DNA from: Paracoccaceae bacterium
Lineage (GTDB): Bacteria > Pseudomonadota > Alphaproteobacteria > Rhodobacterales > Rhodobacteraceae
Length of the DNA: 40,850 bases
Assembly (NCBI GenBank): GCA_049696055.1
Contig: JBAVTI010000470.1
Location: 1 to 40,850 of the forward strand
Direction of reading: 5' to 3'
Positions within the stretch are counted from its first letter, which is position 1. Each line of letters starts with the position of its first letter. The notes beneath the pieces were generated by a model. That model had not been told where the DNA came from. It saw only the letters and a list, made by a program, of their open reading frames with translations, and did not search any database. This document shows, piece after piece, positions 8,787 through 18,869 of the stretch. The translations under genes were made by a program, and so were the position numbers.

Positions 8787-9763
8787 GGCGCAATGATCGG
8801 CTGAGCCTTCAGCGCAGCTTCCTTTGGTTCCAACCCAGCAAACAGAGACCCTTCTTCAAACCACGACCGCGGGGCTGGCGCGCCCCAAAGTGTTTGGCGT
8901 TGCGGGTCTTTCAGATCCCATTTGATTGGTTCAAGGTCGGGGTCAACTGTTTGATAATCCGAACAATAAATCTCTATCCGATGGCCATCATGATCACGGA
9001 TATACAGGAAAAACGCGTTCGAAATTCCATGCCGCCCTGGCCCGCGTTCGATGTTTTTCACATAGCCCGTCGTCGCCATCAGATCCAAAAGGTCAATGAT
9101 ATTCAACGGCGTCGGCACCCAAAACGCAGTGTGGTGCAGGCGCGGCCCCAGCCCGTTGGTAAAGGCCATATCATGCACCCCACCTTTGCGGTGCATCCAC
9201 GCCGCCCAAAGCTTGCCCGAGTCTTCGTCCTCGGTGTACTCGGTCACGCGAAATCCCATGTCGTTCCAAAACGCCACGCTGCCATCGACATCTGGCGAAA
9301 AGGTATTGAAGTGGTCAATCCGCAGCGGCCTAACGCCATGGTAAAGCTTGTATTTTTGGTGGATTGGCGGCAGGCGATCCATTTTGGCATAGAACTCCAG
9401 CGGCACGCCAAACAGGTCGGTGGTCAGCAGGGTGCGGCCCTGATGTGGCCGGGTGATCCACGATGTCGGCAACCCTTTGGCTTTGAACCAAGCCTCGGCC
9501 CGATCTAAATCGGGTTCATCCCATACCTTGAAACCCAGCACATTCGCCACGCCAATTGCGCCCTCGCGCAGCACAACGCAGTGGTGACCCCGCTCCTCCA
9601 TCGCGCGCAGATACAGCACGCCGGGTTCTTCGGCGGTGACTTGCAAGCCCAGCGTATCGACATAGAATGCGCGTGAGGCAGCAAGGTTTTTCACTGTAAA
9701 TTCAACGTGCGAAAGCCGAACGACGTTGAAATCGGGATACAGGTTTGGCGCGGGAACGGGCAT
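8783..9763 (-). CDS. hpaD: 3,4-dihydroxyphenylacetate 2,3-dioxygenase, two-domain VOC (type I extradiol) class
   Basis: 326 aa with glyoxalase/extradiol-type repeats (RLSHVEFTV..., IDHFNTF...). GGGGAGA SD inside the hpaE 3' end. Operon context. Confidence 0.8.
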   Translation of the reverse strand: MPVPAPNLYPDFNVVRLSHVEFTVKNLAASRAFYVDTLGLQVTAEEPGVLYLRAMEERGHHCVVLREGAIGVANVLGFKVWDEPDLDRAEAWFKAKGLPTSWITRPHQGRTLLTTDLFGVPLEFYAKMDRLPPIHQKYKLYHGVRPLRIDHFNTFSPDVDGSVAFWNDMGFRVTEYTEDEDSGKLWAAWMHRKGGVHDMAFTNGLGPRLHHTAFWVPTPLNIIDLLDLMATTGYVKNIERGPGRHGISNAFFLYIRDHDGHRIEIYCSDYQTVDPDLEPIKWDLKDPQRQTLWGAPAPRSWFEEGSLFAGLEPKEAALKAQPIIAP

Positions 9764-9766
9764 CGG

Positions 9767-11284
9767 TTATCTCCCCAGTTTCGGGATTGCGTGGGCGGTT
9801 GTGGCAAAACAGACGTTCTTGGTTTCCATATAGAAATCAAACGACCAGTCGCCACCATCGCGGCCAATGCCGCTGTCTTTGGTGCCACCAAAGGGCGCGG
9901 GCAAATGGCGATTGTTTTCGGAATTCACCCAAACCATCCCAGCCTCGACTGCATCGGAAAACCGGAATGCACGGGTAACATCCTGCGTCCAAAGATACGC
10001 CGCAAGGCCGTAAGGCACATCGTTGGCGATCGCCAAGGCCTCGGCCTCATCGGAAAAGGGAATGGCGGTCAGAACCGGGCCGAAGATTTCTTCTTGCGCA
10101 ATCCGCATGCCGTTATGCGCGCCGACAAACAACGTGGGCTTGATGTAACACCCACCACCCGGCCCCGCAGCCCTTTCACCGCCCGCGGCCACCACCGCCC
10201 CATCTACGCGGGCAATATCGAAATATTCCAGCACCTTAGCCTCGTGCACCGGATGAATCAGCGGCCCCACTTCGGTCGTGGGATCCAAGGGGTGCCCAAC
10301 GACTATCGCCTTAGCCCGCGCCGCAACCGCCGCCGTAAAGCGGTCATAGATACAGGCCTCAACCAGCAGCCGCGACGACGAGGTACACCGCTCGCCGTTC
10401 AGCGAATAGATCATGAACACCGCCGCATCCACCGCTCGATCAAAATCCGCATCGGCAAACACGATAACCGGGTTCTTGCCGCCAAGTTCGAAATGCACCC
10501 GCTTTAGCGTCTTTGCCCCCTGCGCCATGATCATACTGCCGGTTCGGCTTTCGCCGACAAAGCCGATGGCGCGGATAAGCGGGTGTTCGGTCAGGGCCCT
10601 GCCTGCCTCTTCGCCAAGACCATTCACAAGGTTCCAAACCCCTGGCGGCAGGCCCGCCTCTTCCGCGATTTCGACCAGCAAACGCGCCGAGAGCGGCGAG
10701 AATTCGGCCGGTTTATGGACAACGGTGCAGCCAGCAGCCAACGCGGGTGCGATCTTCCAGGTGGACAACATGAAAGGCGTGTTCCATGGCGTGATAATTC
10801 CCACCGGGCCAAGCGGCGCGCGGCTGGTCATATTCACCTGCCCTGGCGCACGCAGCGTATGACCGTCGCGGGCCTCGACGGCTTTGTCCGCGAAAAAGCG
10901 AAAGTTCTCGGCGCCGCGCAGGGCGGCTTTGGACATAAAACGCAGGGCTTGGCCGGTATCCATACATTCGACAAAGGCGATTTCCTCGGCCCGCGCCTCT
11001 ATCCCGTCGGCAATGCGGTGCAGGATCTTGCGGCGTTTGGCACCATCCGTCGCGGCCCAATCGGCAAAAGCTGCTTTTGCAGAGCGGGCCGCCAGATCGA
11101 CATCCGCTGCCGTACCTCGGGCCACTTTTGCCATTGGCGCGCGGTCGATCGGAGAGTGGGTGTCGAAGGTCTGGCCCAACGTGGCGGGCACTGCTTTTCC
11201 ACCGATGTGGTTTAAAACACCATCGCGGCGAAAGCGTTCTAGATAGCCATTGGCGCGGGAAAGATTTTTGGCGAATTCGGTCAT
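9767..11284 (-). CDS. hpaE: 5-carboxymethyl-2-hydroxymuconate semialdehyde dehydrogenase (NAD-dependent aldehyde dehydrogenase)
   Basis: Track ORF trimmed to the ATG at 11284 (GAGGA 4 nt upstream; ATGA overlap with the hpaF stop). ALDH motifs FELGGKNP and ERCTSSSR (catalytic Cys). Confidence 0.85.
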   Translation of the reverse strand: MTEFAKNLSRANGYLERFRRDGVLNHIGGKAVPATLGQTFDTHSPIDRAPMAKVARGTAADVDLAARSAKAAFADWAATDGAKRRKILHRIADGIEARAEEIAFVECMDTGQALRFMSKAALRGAENFRFFADKAVEARDGHTLRAPGQVNMTSRAPLGPVGIITPWNTPFMLSTWKIAPALAAGCTVVHKPAEFSPLSARLLVEIAEEAGLPPGVWNLVNGLGEEAGRALTEHPLIRAIGFVGESRTGSMIMAQGAKTLKRVHFELGGKNPVIVFADADFDRAVDAAVFMIYSLNGERCTSSSRLLVEACIYDRFTAAVAARAKAIVVGHPLDPTTEVGPLIHPVHEAKVLEYFDIARVDGAVVAAGGERAAGPGGGCYIKPTLFVGAHNGMRIAQEEIFGPVLTAIPFSDEAEALAIANDVPYGLAAYLWTQDVTRAFRFSDAVEAGMVWVNSENNRHLPAPFGGTKDSGIGRDGGDWSFDFYMETKNVCFATTAHAIPKLGR

Positions 11285-11667
11285 TTTTTCCTCAGCCGTG
11301 GATGAATGGTGTTGGTTTTCCAACTGAAAGCGGCAGAGATTTCCTGCACTTCCAGCGATAAAGCAAAGTGCGGTCTGGCCAACAGATTGGCAAAGTGCGT
11401 TTCGGCAACAGCCATCAAGGCAATGCCGATTGATTTACGATCTGCCTCGGACCGGCCCTGTCCAATTCGCAGCACCATGTCGGCAAAAGCGTTTTCTGTC
11501 AGAAGATCAGCGATAGCAAAATAGGGGCAGGGAAGCGCCCGCACGCGCACTGCGCCTGACTCGAACAGCCCGCTATCCAACAATGCTTTGCGCAGGCAGA
11601 TACAAAGACCCTGCATATCGGAAAGGGCATCGAGATTGGATGAATATTCGATGGTCAGGTGGGGCAT
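11281..11667 (-). CDS. hpaF: 5-carboxymethyl-2-hydroxymuconate delta-isomerase
   Basis: Trimmed to the ATG at 11667 (GGGAGAAG SD). The 128-aa product starts MPHLTIEYSSNL, the characteristic HpcD/HpaF N-terminus with the catalytic Pro after Met. Confidence 0.8.
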   Translation of the reverse strand: MPHLTIEYSSNLDALSDMQGLCICLRKALLDSGLFESGAVRVRALPCPYFAIADLLTENAFADMVLRIGQGRSEADRKSIGIALMAVAETHFANLLARPHFALSLEVQEISAAFSWKTNTIHPRLRKK

Positions 11668-11684
11668 ATTCTTCTCCCATATAG

Positions 11685-11696
11685 TTAACAGGTTAA
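11685..11696. promoter_or_regulatory. Small palindrome TTAAC-AG-GTTAA in the hpaF/hpaR divergent region (possible HpaR operator)
   Basis: Seen at 11685-11696, between the hpaF start (11667) and hpaR start (11764). Only 5-bp arms. Confidence 0.2.
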
Positions 11697-11763
11697 TCAA
11701 GATCAGATTGCCCTGTCAAGCCTTTGGCTTGCCAGATCCGCCCGCCAGCGAATATAGGCAAGT

Positions 11764-12231
11764 ATGGACCAGACCCAAAAAGACGATGCGATCCTGCCGC
11801 GCGATACCAAGGCGTCGCTGCCGATGGCATTACTGCGCGCGCGCGAAGCGGTGATGGCGCGGTTTCGCCCGTTACTTGACGCCGAAGATATCAATGAACA
11901 GCAATGGCGGGTGATCCGGGTTCTGGCCGAGGCCGGAAAGCTGGACGCTACCGAAGTTGCGGCGCGGGCCAATATCCTTGCGCCGTCGCTTACCCGAATG
12001 ATCAAAGCGATGGCCGAACGTGGGTTGATCACCAAAACGGGCGATGATGCAGACCGGCGGCGTGTGATGTTGGACATCACCGCCAAGGGAGAAGATCTGA
12101 TCCGCGCTATTTCGCCGCACAGCCTGCGGGTTTACGCAGAGCTTGAACGCGACTTTGGTCCGGAACGTATTGCGGACCTTTTGTCGTTGCTGAACGACTT
12201 GGCCGAATTGGTGCCGGGCGATGTTGTCTAA
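11764..12231 (+). CDS. hpaR: MarR-family repressor of the homoprotocatechuate operon
   Basis: 155 aa. MarR wHTH region (QQWRVIRVLAEAGKLDATEVAARANILAPSLTRMIKAMAERGLI). Divergent from the hpa operon. Confidence 0.85.
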   Translation: MDQTQKDDAILPRDTKASLPMALLRAREAVMARFRPLLDAEDINEQQWRVIRVLAEAGKLDATEVAARANILAPSLTRMIKAMAERGLITKTGDDADRRRVMLDITAKGEDLIRAISPHSLRVYAELERDFGPERIADLLSLLNDLAELVPGDVV

Positions 12232-12289
12232 TCAACCTGTATGACTTATCCCGATATCGTGAGTATGGGGTAATTGGACCCACGATCCC

Positions 12290-12318
12290 TTGACGCTGGG
12301 TGCCTTACTGCCTAGTTT
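12290..12318 (+). promoter_or_regulatory. Sigma-70-like promoter for trxA (TTGACG-N17-TAGTTT)
   Basis: -35 at 12290-12295 and -10 at 12313-12318, about 35 nt upstream of the trxA ATG. Confidence 0.4.
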
Positions 12319-12352
12319 CAGCCCCCTACACATTCCCCCTAGGAGAGAAATC

Positions 12353-12679
12353 ATGGGCGCCGCCACAGTTGCCGTTACAGACGCAACCTTTGATGCCGAA
12401 GTGCGCAAATCGGCCGTTCCGGTTGTTGTGGACTTTTGGGCTGAATGGTGCGGCCCTTGCCGACAGATTGGCCCGGCACTGGAAGAACTTGCGGTGCAGT
12501 ACGCCGGTAAAGTGAAGATCGTAAAGATCAACGTCGATGAAAACCCTGACAGCCCGGCGATGCTGGGTGTGCGTGGTATCCCAGCACTGTTCTTGTTCAA
12601 AGATGGTCAGGTGGTTTCCAACAAAGTGGGTGCGGCCCCGAAGGCTGCGCTGGAAACCTGGATCAAATCGGCAATCTGA
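12353..12679 (+). CDS. trxA: Thioredoxin
   Basis: Trimmed to the ATG at 12353 (AGGAGAG at 12341). 108 aa with the WCGPC active site. Confidence 0.95.
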   Translation: MGAATVAVTDATFDAEVRKSAVPVVVDFWAEWCGPCRQIGPALEELAVQYAGKVKIVKINVDENPDSPAMLGVRGIPALFLFKDGQVVSNKVGAAPKAALETWIKSAI

Positions 12680-12700
12680 ACTTCGATACTATCGAAAACC

Positions 12701-12732
12701 AAGGGCGGCCGTCGTGGTCGCCCTTTTCCTTT
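12701..12732 (+). terminator. Rho-independent terminator after trxA
   Basis: 10-bp stem AAGGGCGGCC / GGTCGCCCTT (one G-U pair), 5-nt loop, then TTCCTTT. Confidence 0.6.
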
Positions 12733-12743
12733 GGGCGAGCGGG

Positions 12744-12772
12744 TTGTGCGATCTGTTGACGCCCGCCATATA
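12744..12772 (+). promoter_or_regulatory. Possible heat-shock (sigma-32-like) promoter for hslVU
   Basis: TTGTGC-N14-CGCCATATA resembles CTTGAA..CCCCATNTA. This is a weak match. Confidence 0.25.
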
Positions 12773-12794
12773 GAGAGCAGTAACGGAGGCAGGC

Positions 12795-13352
12795 ATGGCG
12801 GAAGAAAAGTTTCCCGGCTGGCACGGCACGACCATTTTGGCGGTCCGGCGTGGCGGCGAGGTTGTGGTGGCAGGCGACGGGCAGGTTTCGCTTGGCAATA
12901 CCGTGATCAAGGGCTCTGCTCGAAAGGTACGCCGCCTTTCGCCTGGTGGCCATCATGTGGTGGCCGGTTTTGCCGGATCTACCGCCGACGCGTTTACCCT
13001 TTTGGAGCGGCTGGAGAAAAAACTTGAGGCGATGCCGGGACAATTGGCCCGCGCAAGTGTCGAGCTGGCAAAGGATTGGCGCATGGACAAATACCTGCGC
13101 AACCTTGAGGCCATGCTGATTGTCACCGATGGTACCGATATGTTCGTGATCACGGGCGCGGGCGACGTGCTGGAGCCCGAGCATAACGTCGCTGCCATTG
13201 GGTCGGGTGGTAACTTTGCGCTCGCCGCGGCGCGGGGCCTGATGTCGTCTGATCTGACCGCTGAAGAAGTTGCTCGCCGCGCCATGGCGATTGCCGCAGA
13301 CATATGCGTTTTCACCAATGGAAACCTTACCATAGAGACCATCCGCAAATGA
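12795..13352 (+). CDS. hslV: ATP-dependent protease subunit HslV
   Basis: 185 aa. Contains [10 protein letters not shown] (N-terminal Thr nucleophile context) and [13 protein letters not shown]. Confidence 0.95.
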   Translation: MAEEKFPGWHGTTILAVRRGGEVVVAGDGQVSLGNTVIKGSARKVRRLSPGGHHVVAGFAGSTADAFTLLERLEKKLEAMPGQLARASVELAKDWRMDKYLRNLEAMLIVTDGTDMFVITGAGDVLEPEHNVAAIGSGGNFALAAARGLMSSDLTAEEVARRAMAIAADICVFTNGNLTIETIRK

Positions 13353-14647
13353 CCGACCTTACTCCCCGTGAAATTGTTTCCGAGCTGGATCGTTACATTA
13401 TCGGCCAAAACGATGCCAAGCGCGCGGTTGCCGTGGCGCTGCGTAACCGCTGGCGCCGCAAAAACCTTGCCGACGATCTGCGCGATGAGGTTTACCCCAA
13501 GAATATCCTGATGATCGGCCCCACCGGGGTCGGCAAAACCGAAATCTCGCGCCGACTTGCGAAATTGGCGAAGGCGCCGTTCCTGAAAGTCGAGGCCACC
13601 AAATTTACCGAAGTGGGGTATGTTGGGCGCGATGTTGACAGCATTATTCGCGATCTGGTGGATGCCGCCATGGTGGAAACCCGCGCGCGCATGCGCGAAG
13701 ACGTGAAGGCGCGCGCCGCCAAGGCCGCCGAAGACCGGGTAATCGAAGCTGTCGCCGGGAAAGATGCCCGCGAACAGACCCGCGAAATGTTCCGGGGCAA
13801 GCTGAAACGTGGCGAGCTGGATCAAACCGTGATCGAGTTGGATATCGCCGACACCTCGAACCCACTTGGTGCATTTGACCCGACCGGTCAGGGGCAAATG
13901 GGCATGATGAACCTTGGCGATCTTTTCGGAAAGTTGGGCGGTCGCAGTCAGAAACGCAAGATGACCGTTTCCGAAAGCCATGATTTGCTGATTGGCGAAG
14001 AGGCGGACAAATTGCTTGACGACGAGGCGGTAAAGGCAGCCGCACTGGAAGCCGTTCAGGAAAATGGCATTGTTTTTATTGATGAAATCGACAAGGTTTG
14101 TGCCCGTGCCGATGCGCGTGGCGCCGATGTGTCACGGGAGGGTGTTCAGCGCGATCTGCTGCCGTTGATTGAGGGCACCACGGTTTCCACCAAGCATGGG
14201 CCGGTAAAAACCGATCACATCCTTTTCATCGCCAGCGGTGCTTTTCACACTGCAAAACCGTCTGATCTATTGCCAGAATTGCAGGGCCGCCTGCCGATCC
14301 GCGTGGAATTGCAACCCCTGACAGAAGGTGATTTCGTCCGAATTCTGACCGAACCGGATAACGCCCTGACGCGGCAATACTCGGCGTTGATGGCAACCGA
14401 ACAGGTCACTGTTACCTTTACCACCGACGGCGTTAACGCTTTGGCCCAGATCGCCGCCGAGGTGAACCGGTCGGTTGAGAATATTGGTGCGCGCAGGCTA
14501 TACACCGTGATGGAGCGGGTGTTCGAAGAGTTAAGCTTTACCGCGCCGGATCGTGGCGGCGAAGCGATTACTGTCGATGCTGCTTTTGTCGAGGCGAACC
14601 TTGGAGCGCTTTCCCGTTCGGCAGATCTAAGTCGCTATGTGCTTTGA
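13349..14647 (+). CDS. hslU: ATP-dependent protease ATPase subunit HslU
   Basis: Trimmed to the ATG at 13349 (ATGA overlap with the hslV stop). Starts [20 protein letters not shown]. Walker [10 protein letters not shown]. Confidence 0.95.
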   Translation: MTDLTPREIVSELDRYIIGQNDAKRAVAVALRNRWRRKNLADDLRDEVYPKNILMIGPTGVGKTEISRRLAKLAKAPFLKVEATKFTEVGYVGRDVDSIIRDLVDAAMVETRARMREDVKARAAKAAEDRVIEAVAGKDAREQTREMFRGKLKRGELDQTVIELDIADTSNPLGAFDPTGQGQMGMMNLGDLFGKLGGRSQKRKMTVSESHDLLIGEEADKLLDDEAVKAAALEAVQENGIVFIDEIDKVCARADARGADVSREGVQRDLLPLIEGTTVSTKHGPVKTDHILFIASGAFHTAKPSDLLPELQGRLPIRVELQPLTEGDFVRILTEPDNALTRQYSALMATEQVTVTFTTDGVNALAQIAAEVNRSVENIGARRLYTVMERVFEELSFTAPDRGGEAITVDAAFVEANLGALSRSADLSRYVL

Positions 14648-14699
14648 GGTGACAGCATCCGGGGCTTGACCCGCAGCCACAACCAAGCGATGCAGGGGA

Positions 14700-15896
14700 A
14701 TGGTTTATCTGTCCCGCACATCCATTGCAGTCCAAGCCTTTCTGCTGCTTCTCTTAGTAGCGTCATGCACCCCCCGCGGTGAGTTGACGCTTGCGCCAGA
14801 AGCGGCAGGCATAGGCAAAAACCAAACCGTGTTTATCGGAACTACGCGCGATATCGATCCTGAAACCGGGCGATTTGGTAACGGGCGGTCGGAAACGGCC
14901 AAATTTGGCCGTTACGATATATCGATCCCACCGGACCGCGAAGTGGGCGATATCAAATGGCCGCGCCGTTCGGGAAAACCCGATCCGAAAACCGACTTCC
15001 TGACCACTGCCGAAGTGATTCACCCTGATGCTGCTGCATTTCGCGCCGATCTGTCGCGCGCCATTCGCACCGAAGCACAGGGCCAGCGAGACGCCGTCAT
15101 CTTTGTGCATGGCTTCAACACCAATTTTTCCGAGGGGCTATACCGTATTGCCCAACTGACCAACGATCTGGAGTTGCCGGGAGTGACGGTGCATTATTCC
15201 TGGCCCTCGCGCGGCAGCGCTTTGGGCTATGTTTACGACCGCGATTCCGCATTGTTTGCCCGCGATGGTCTGGAGCAACTGATTGAAGGCGTATCCAGTG
15301 CGGGGGCCAATCGGATCTTTCTGGTTGGCCATTCGATGGGCACCAGCCTGGTAATGGAGGCCATCCGTCAGATCAATCTGCGTGGTGACGCGCGCTTGAA
15401 ATCTAAAATTGCGGGTGTCGTGCTGATTTCTCCGGATATCGACGTGGACGTGTTCCGCGCACAGGCGCTATCAATTGGTAAACTGCCTGAACCCTTTCTG
15501 ATATTTGGTTCTGACCGTGACAGGCTGTTGAATATTTCGGCACGGATTACCGGCGAGCCGGAACGGTTGGGCAACATGAGCGATATTTCGCGGTTGGCCG
15601 ATCTGAAGGTGACTTATCTGGATGTAGCCGCGTTTAGTGAAGGGGCGGGACACTTTGCGCTGGGCGATTCGCCCGCGTTAATCGGGCTGATCAGCCGTAT
15701 TGGCGACGTGGACGCCGCATTTGCCGCCGAAAGCCGGGGGCGGACGGGCCTGTTGCCGGGCGTGGTGCTGACTGTTCAGAACGCTACCGAAATCATTCTG
15801 GCGCCGATCACAGTTATCTCGGACGAACTTTCAAGGACGCGGTATTGCAGCCGCGCAAACCCACCTGCCGGGTGCAAAGTGGCGGACAACAAGTAA
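14700..15896 (+). CDS. Alpha/beta-hydrolase, DUF900-type, predicted lipoprotein
   Basis: 398 aa. Signal peptide with lipobox LLVASC. FVHGFN and the GHSMG nucleophile elbow. Confidence 0.75.
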   Translation: MVYLSRTSIAVQAFLLLLLVASCTPRGELTLAPEAAGIGKNQTVFIGTTRDIDPETGRFGNGRSETAKFGRYDISIPPDREVGDIKWPRRSGKPDPKTDFLTTAEVIHPDAAAFRADLSRAIRTEAQGQRDAVIFVHGFNTNFSEGLYRIAQLTNDLELPGVTVHYSWPSRGSALGYVYDRDSALFARDGLEQLIEGVSSAGANRIFLVGHSMGTSLVMEAIRQINLRGDARLKSKIAGVVLISPDIDVDVFRAQALSIGKLPEPFLIFGSDRDRLLNISARITGEPERLGNMSDISRLADLKVTYLDVAAFSEGAGHFALGDSPALIGLISRIGDVDAAFAAESRGRTGLLPGVVLTVQNATEIILAPITVISDELSRTRYCSRANPPAGCKVADNK

Positions 15897-15917
15897 GCCA
15901 GTGTGGGCCGGAAGCGC

Positions 15918-16514
15918 CTAACGATGTCGTCTAAGATAGACGTAGTAGGCGCCTGCTCCGCCATGTTTCAAATGCGCCTCGGTGACTTGCAGGATTGCAG
16001 GGCCTAGCGGTGGCATGTGCAGCCAATGGGGAACCTGATGTTTCAAAACGCCGTATCGAGTGGGAATCGGCCCTTGATCGGGGCCCTGCTTGCCCTTTCC
16101 AGTGATCACCAAGACGAGCCGCAGCCCGTCGGAATGCGCGTTAAGGATAAAGCGAATAAGCTCTGGATGCGCTTCTGAAACCGTCATGCCGTGAAGATCG
16201 ATCCGCGCCTCTGGGGCAAGCTTACCGCGCGACATCCGGGCGAAATTCTTGGCGTCCATCTTGAGGGGGGCATTTGCGAGCTGATCTTTCAGCGGTGGCA
16301 GAATATCATGGCCAATATTCGGCTGCGCCCGTTCGCCCACCCGAAACCGGCCATAGCTGGGAACAAGGGGCTGAGCGGGGAAATCAGGCAACAGCGGAGC
16401 AACGGGTTCTGCCGCTTTGCGGTGAAAAAACGGCGCGTGCATTGGCGTCGCCGTACGCGCGACAGCCTGCCAAAGCTCGGCTTCTTCGGGGCGTAGAATT
16501 CGGCGGCGTGCCAT
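15918..16514 (-). CDS. Smr (small MutS-related) domain protein
   Basis: 198 aa. C-terminal Smr domain (IDLHGMTVSEAH..LVLVITGKG). Confidence 0.8.
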   Translation of the reverse strand: MARRRILRPEEAELWQAVARTATPMHAPFFHRKAAEPVAPLLPDFPAQPLVPSYGRFRVGERAQPNIGHDILPPLKDQLANAPLKMDAKNFARMSRGKLAPEARIDLHGMTVSEAHPELIRFILNAHSDGLRLVLVITGKGKQGPDQGPIPTRYGVLKHQVPHWLHMPPLGPAILQVTEAHLKHGGAGAYYVYLRRHR

Positions 16515-16518
16515 AGGG

Positions 16519-17550
16519 TCAGCCGTCCGGCATCATCGCGTAGGCCTGATCAATCGGCAGCAGCAAAACCATGCGCCCACCGTCCTTGACCGTGCCTGCG
16601 GCATCGCCCGCCGCCAAGCCAGTGCCGTAAAAGATATCGGCGCGCTGCGGGCCTTTGATTGCGCCACCGGTATCTTGAGCGATCATCAGGCTGCGGATCG
16701 GATCCCGGCCATCTTTCTCGATCCAGACGGGTGCGCCGAGGGGGGTGTAGATCGGATCTATGGCCACCGACCGCAAGGTTGTGATCGAGCGGCCCATAGC
16801 ACCAATCGGACCTTTGTCGGCGGCAAGATCGGGCAGTTTTCGAAAGAACACATATGATGGGTTGTGGTTCAAAAGTTCATTGCCCGCATAGGGATTGGCG
16901 CGCACCCATGAGCGGATTTCCTGGGCGGAAACTTGATCCGGGGTATGGGTGCCACGGCGGATCAGCTCTTGTCCAATACTGCGGTAAGGTTGGCCGTTTT
17001 TACCGGCATAACCGACGCGAACGACATGGCCATCAGGCATCTTGATACGGCCAGAGCCCTGAACCTGAAGGAAATAAACCTCGACCGGATCATCAAGCCA
17101 GGCAATTTCCAGACCGCGCCCGCGCAGCAGGCCGCGACTGTCGATTTCTTCGCGGCTATGCCAAAGGCTGCCTTCGACAAGTTCGGGGGGTTTGGCATAA
17201 ATTGGGTAATTGTAACGTGGGGTGCGGTACGGAGAGCCCGGCAATTCGGGTTCGTAGTAGCCGGTAAAAAGGGCAGGCGGGGTGCCAATGATCAGCGGGC
17301 GGAAGAACAGTTCAAAAAACTGACGGGCGGCGGCATCCGTTTCACCCGCATCGGCGGCAAGGCGGCAAAGCGGTTGCCACTCTGGTTCTTTCAGCTTGCC
17401 ACAGGTTTCGCGGAAAGCGACCAAGGCGGCGCGATGATCATCGTCGCGCCAACCATCCAGCTCTTCAAATGCCAACACTTGCGCCGAGGCGGTCATGGTA
17501 TAGCCGACCAAAGCAAAGGCGGCCAACAAAGTGCAGATGGCAGCACGCAT
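16519..17550 (-). CDS. mltA: Membrane-bound lytic murein transglycosylase A
   Basis: The track start at 17553 is TTG, so I use the adjacent ATG at 17550 (TGATG junction with the upstream stop). Signal peptide ..TMTASAQ. MltA/3D-domain-like sequence. Confidence 0.85.
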   Translation of the reverse strand: MRAAICTLLAAFALVGYTMTASAQVLAFEELDGWRDDDHRAALVAFRETCGKLKEPEWQPLCRLAADAGETDAAARQFFELFFRPLIIGTPPALFTGYYEPELPGSPYRTPRYNYPIYAKPPELVEGSLWHSREEIDSRGLLRGRGLEIAWLDDPVEVYFLQVQGSGRIKMPDGHVVRVGYAGKNGQPYRSIGQELIRRGTHTPDQVSAQEIRSWVRANPYAGNELLNHNPSYVFFRKLPDLAADKGPIGAMGRSITTLRSVAIDPIYTPLGAPVWIEKDGRDPIRSLMIAQDTGGAIKGPQRADIFYGTGLAAGDAAGTVKDGGRMVLLLPIDQAYAMMPDG

Positions 17551-18209
17551 CAATCCCCGGTGGCGACAAGTTGCCAGTTTGGATCATCGACACCCATGCG
17601 GCGCGAAAATGTCCAGATGTCGCGCTGGCGTTTTACTGCGGTTGCGCTGCCTTCGATCACTTCACCCGCCTTATTGCGGATTACAGAGGTCATTTCGCCA
17701 AGGAAGCGCACGGCGATCTCGGCCTCGCGGGTGTCGCGATCATAGGTTGCTTCGTGCAACACCAGCTCTCGAAGGCCCACGAAGTTGGCCTCGACAGTAA
17801 GGCCTTCGTCATCGCGCGCTTTGACGGCTTCGGCGAAGGACTGGTACACATCATCAGAAAGGAACGGACGAATTTTTTCGAGGTCGCCCTTTTCGAATGC
17901 CATCAGGATCATTTCATAGGCCCCACGCGCACCCTGAAGGAACGTGTTTACCGAAAAAGCTGGCTCGGCCGCTTTCATCGCAGCAAGGGCTTTGGCGGCA
18001 GGACTGCCATCGGGGGTGTGATCGGTGATGTCACGATCCGGGCCGCCTTCGATTACTTCAAATCCACGGCGAGCAACGGCGCGCTTTTCCTCCTGAGCGA
18101 CGGGCGGCTTTTCAAAACCTTCGCGCGTGCCCAAGACGGATTTAAGCTTGATTATCAAGAAAACAGCGATCCCGGCCAGAACAAGCAATTGGATCAGCGA
18201 ATTGTTCAT
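17550..18209 (-). CDS. Tim44-domain membrane protein
   Basis: 219 aa with an N-terminal TM helix and a C-terminal Tim44-like domain. ATG at 18209 with an AGAGG SD. Confidence 0.8.
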   Translation of the reverse strand: MNNSLIQLLVLAGIAVFLIIKLKSVLGTREGFEKPPVAQEEKRAVARRGFEVIEGGPDRDITDHTPDGSPAAKALAAMKAAEPAFSVNTFLQGARGAYEMILMAFEKGDLEKIRPFLSDDVYQSFAEAVKARDDEGLTVEANFVGLRELVLHEATYDRDTREAEIAVRFLGEMTSVIRNKAGEVIEGSATAVKRQRDIWTFSRRMGVDDPNWQLVATGD

Positions 18210-18326
18210 CGAAACCTCTTAGGCGGGTATTGGGGTTGGTAACATGGCGTCTTGGTCACTATGTAGGGTGTGGGTGCGGCCAAGTCTACCGCTTGCCCGA
18301 ATATTGAGCCTAGAAGGAGGCTGCAA

Positions 18327-18797
18327 ATGTGGCTTTTCGCGCTGTTCGTAGCGGTTCCGCTGATTGAGATAGCCTTGTTCATCAAGGTGGGCGGCTGGCT
18401 AACGCTTTGGCCTTCGTTAGCGATTGTGCTGGCGACCGGCTTCTTGGGCATTTGGCTCATCAAGCGGCAAGGGCGGCAGGTTCTGGACGAAATGCGTGGC
18501 TCGATGAATGGCCGTGGCAACCCGATCGCGGCATTGGCGCACGGCGGGATGATCCTGATCGCAGGGGTGCTGTTGATTTTGCCAGGCTTTCTAACAGATA
18601 CGCTTGGGCTTTTGCTATTGATCCCCTTTGTGCGGCGTGGGGTGATTATTCTGCTGGCCAAGAGAGTAAATGTTCAAGGATTTGAAATGCGGGACGAAGC
18701 GCACCGCAACGGGCGCGATGACGTAATTGAAGGCGAGTTTGTTGAACTGAACGCCCCGGACGACAGGAGCGGTGCCTCGGGATGGACGCGGCATTGA
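18327..18797 (+). CDS. fxsA: FxsA family inner-membrane protein
   Basis: Trimmed to the ATG at 18327 (GAAGGAGG at 18313-18320). Starts MWLFALFVAVPLIEIALFIKVGG, typical of FxsA. Confidence 0.85.
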   Translation: MWLFALFVAVPLIEIALFIKVGGWLTLWPSLAIVLATGFLGIWLIKRQGRQVLDEMRGSMNGRGNPIAALAHGGMILIAGVLLILPGFLTDTLGLLLLIPFVRRGVIILLAKRVNVQGFEMRDEAHRNGRDDVIEGEFVELNAPDDRSGASGWTRH

Positions 18798-18869
18798 GAA
18801 GGACGGATTGACCTGCTAGAACCGTGTCCAGACCAGCAATGGCCCAACAGTTTTCATCAGGAGAATACC

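Noticed and set aside
12953-13981. 342-aa minus-strand ORF across hslV/hslU
   Set aside because: It spans the hslV-hslU junction antisense to two unambiguous genes, so it is a shadow frame.
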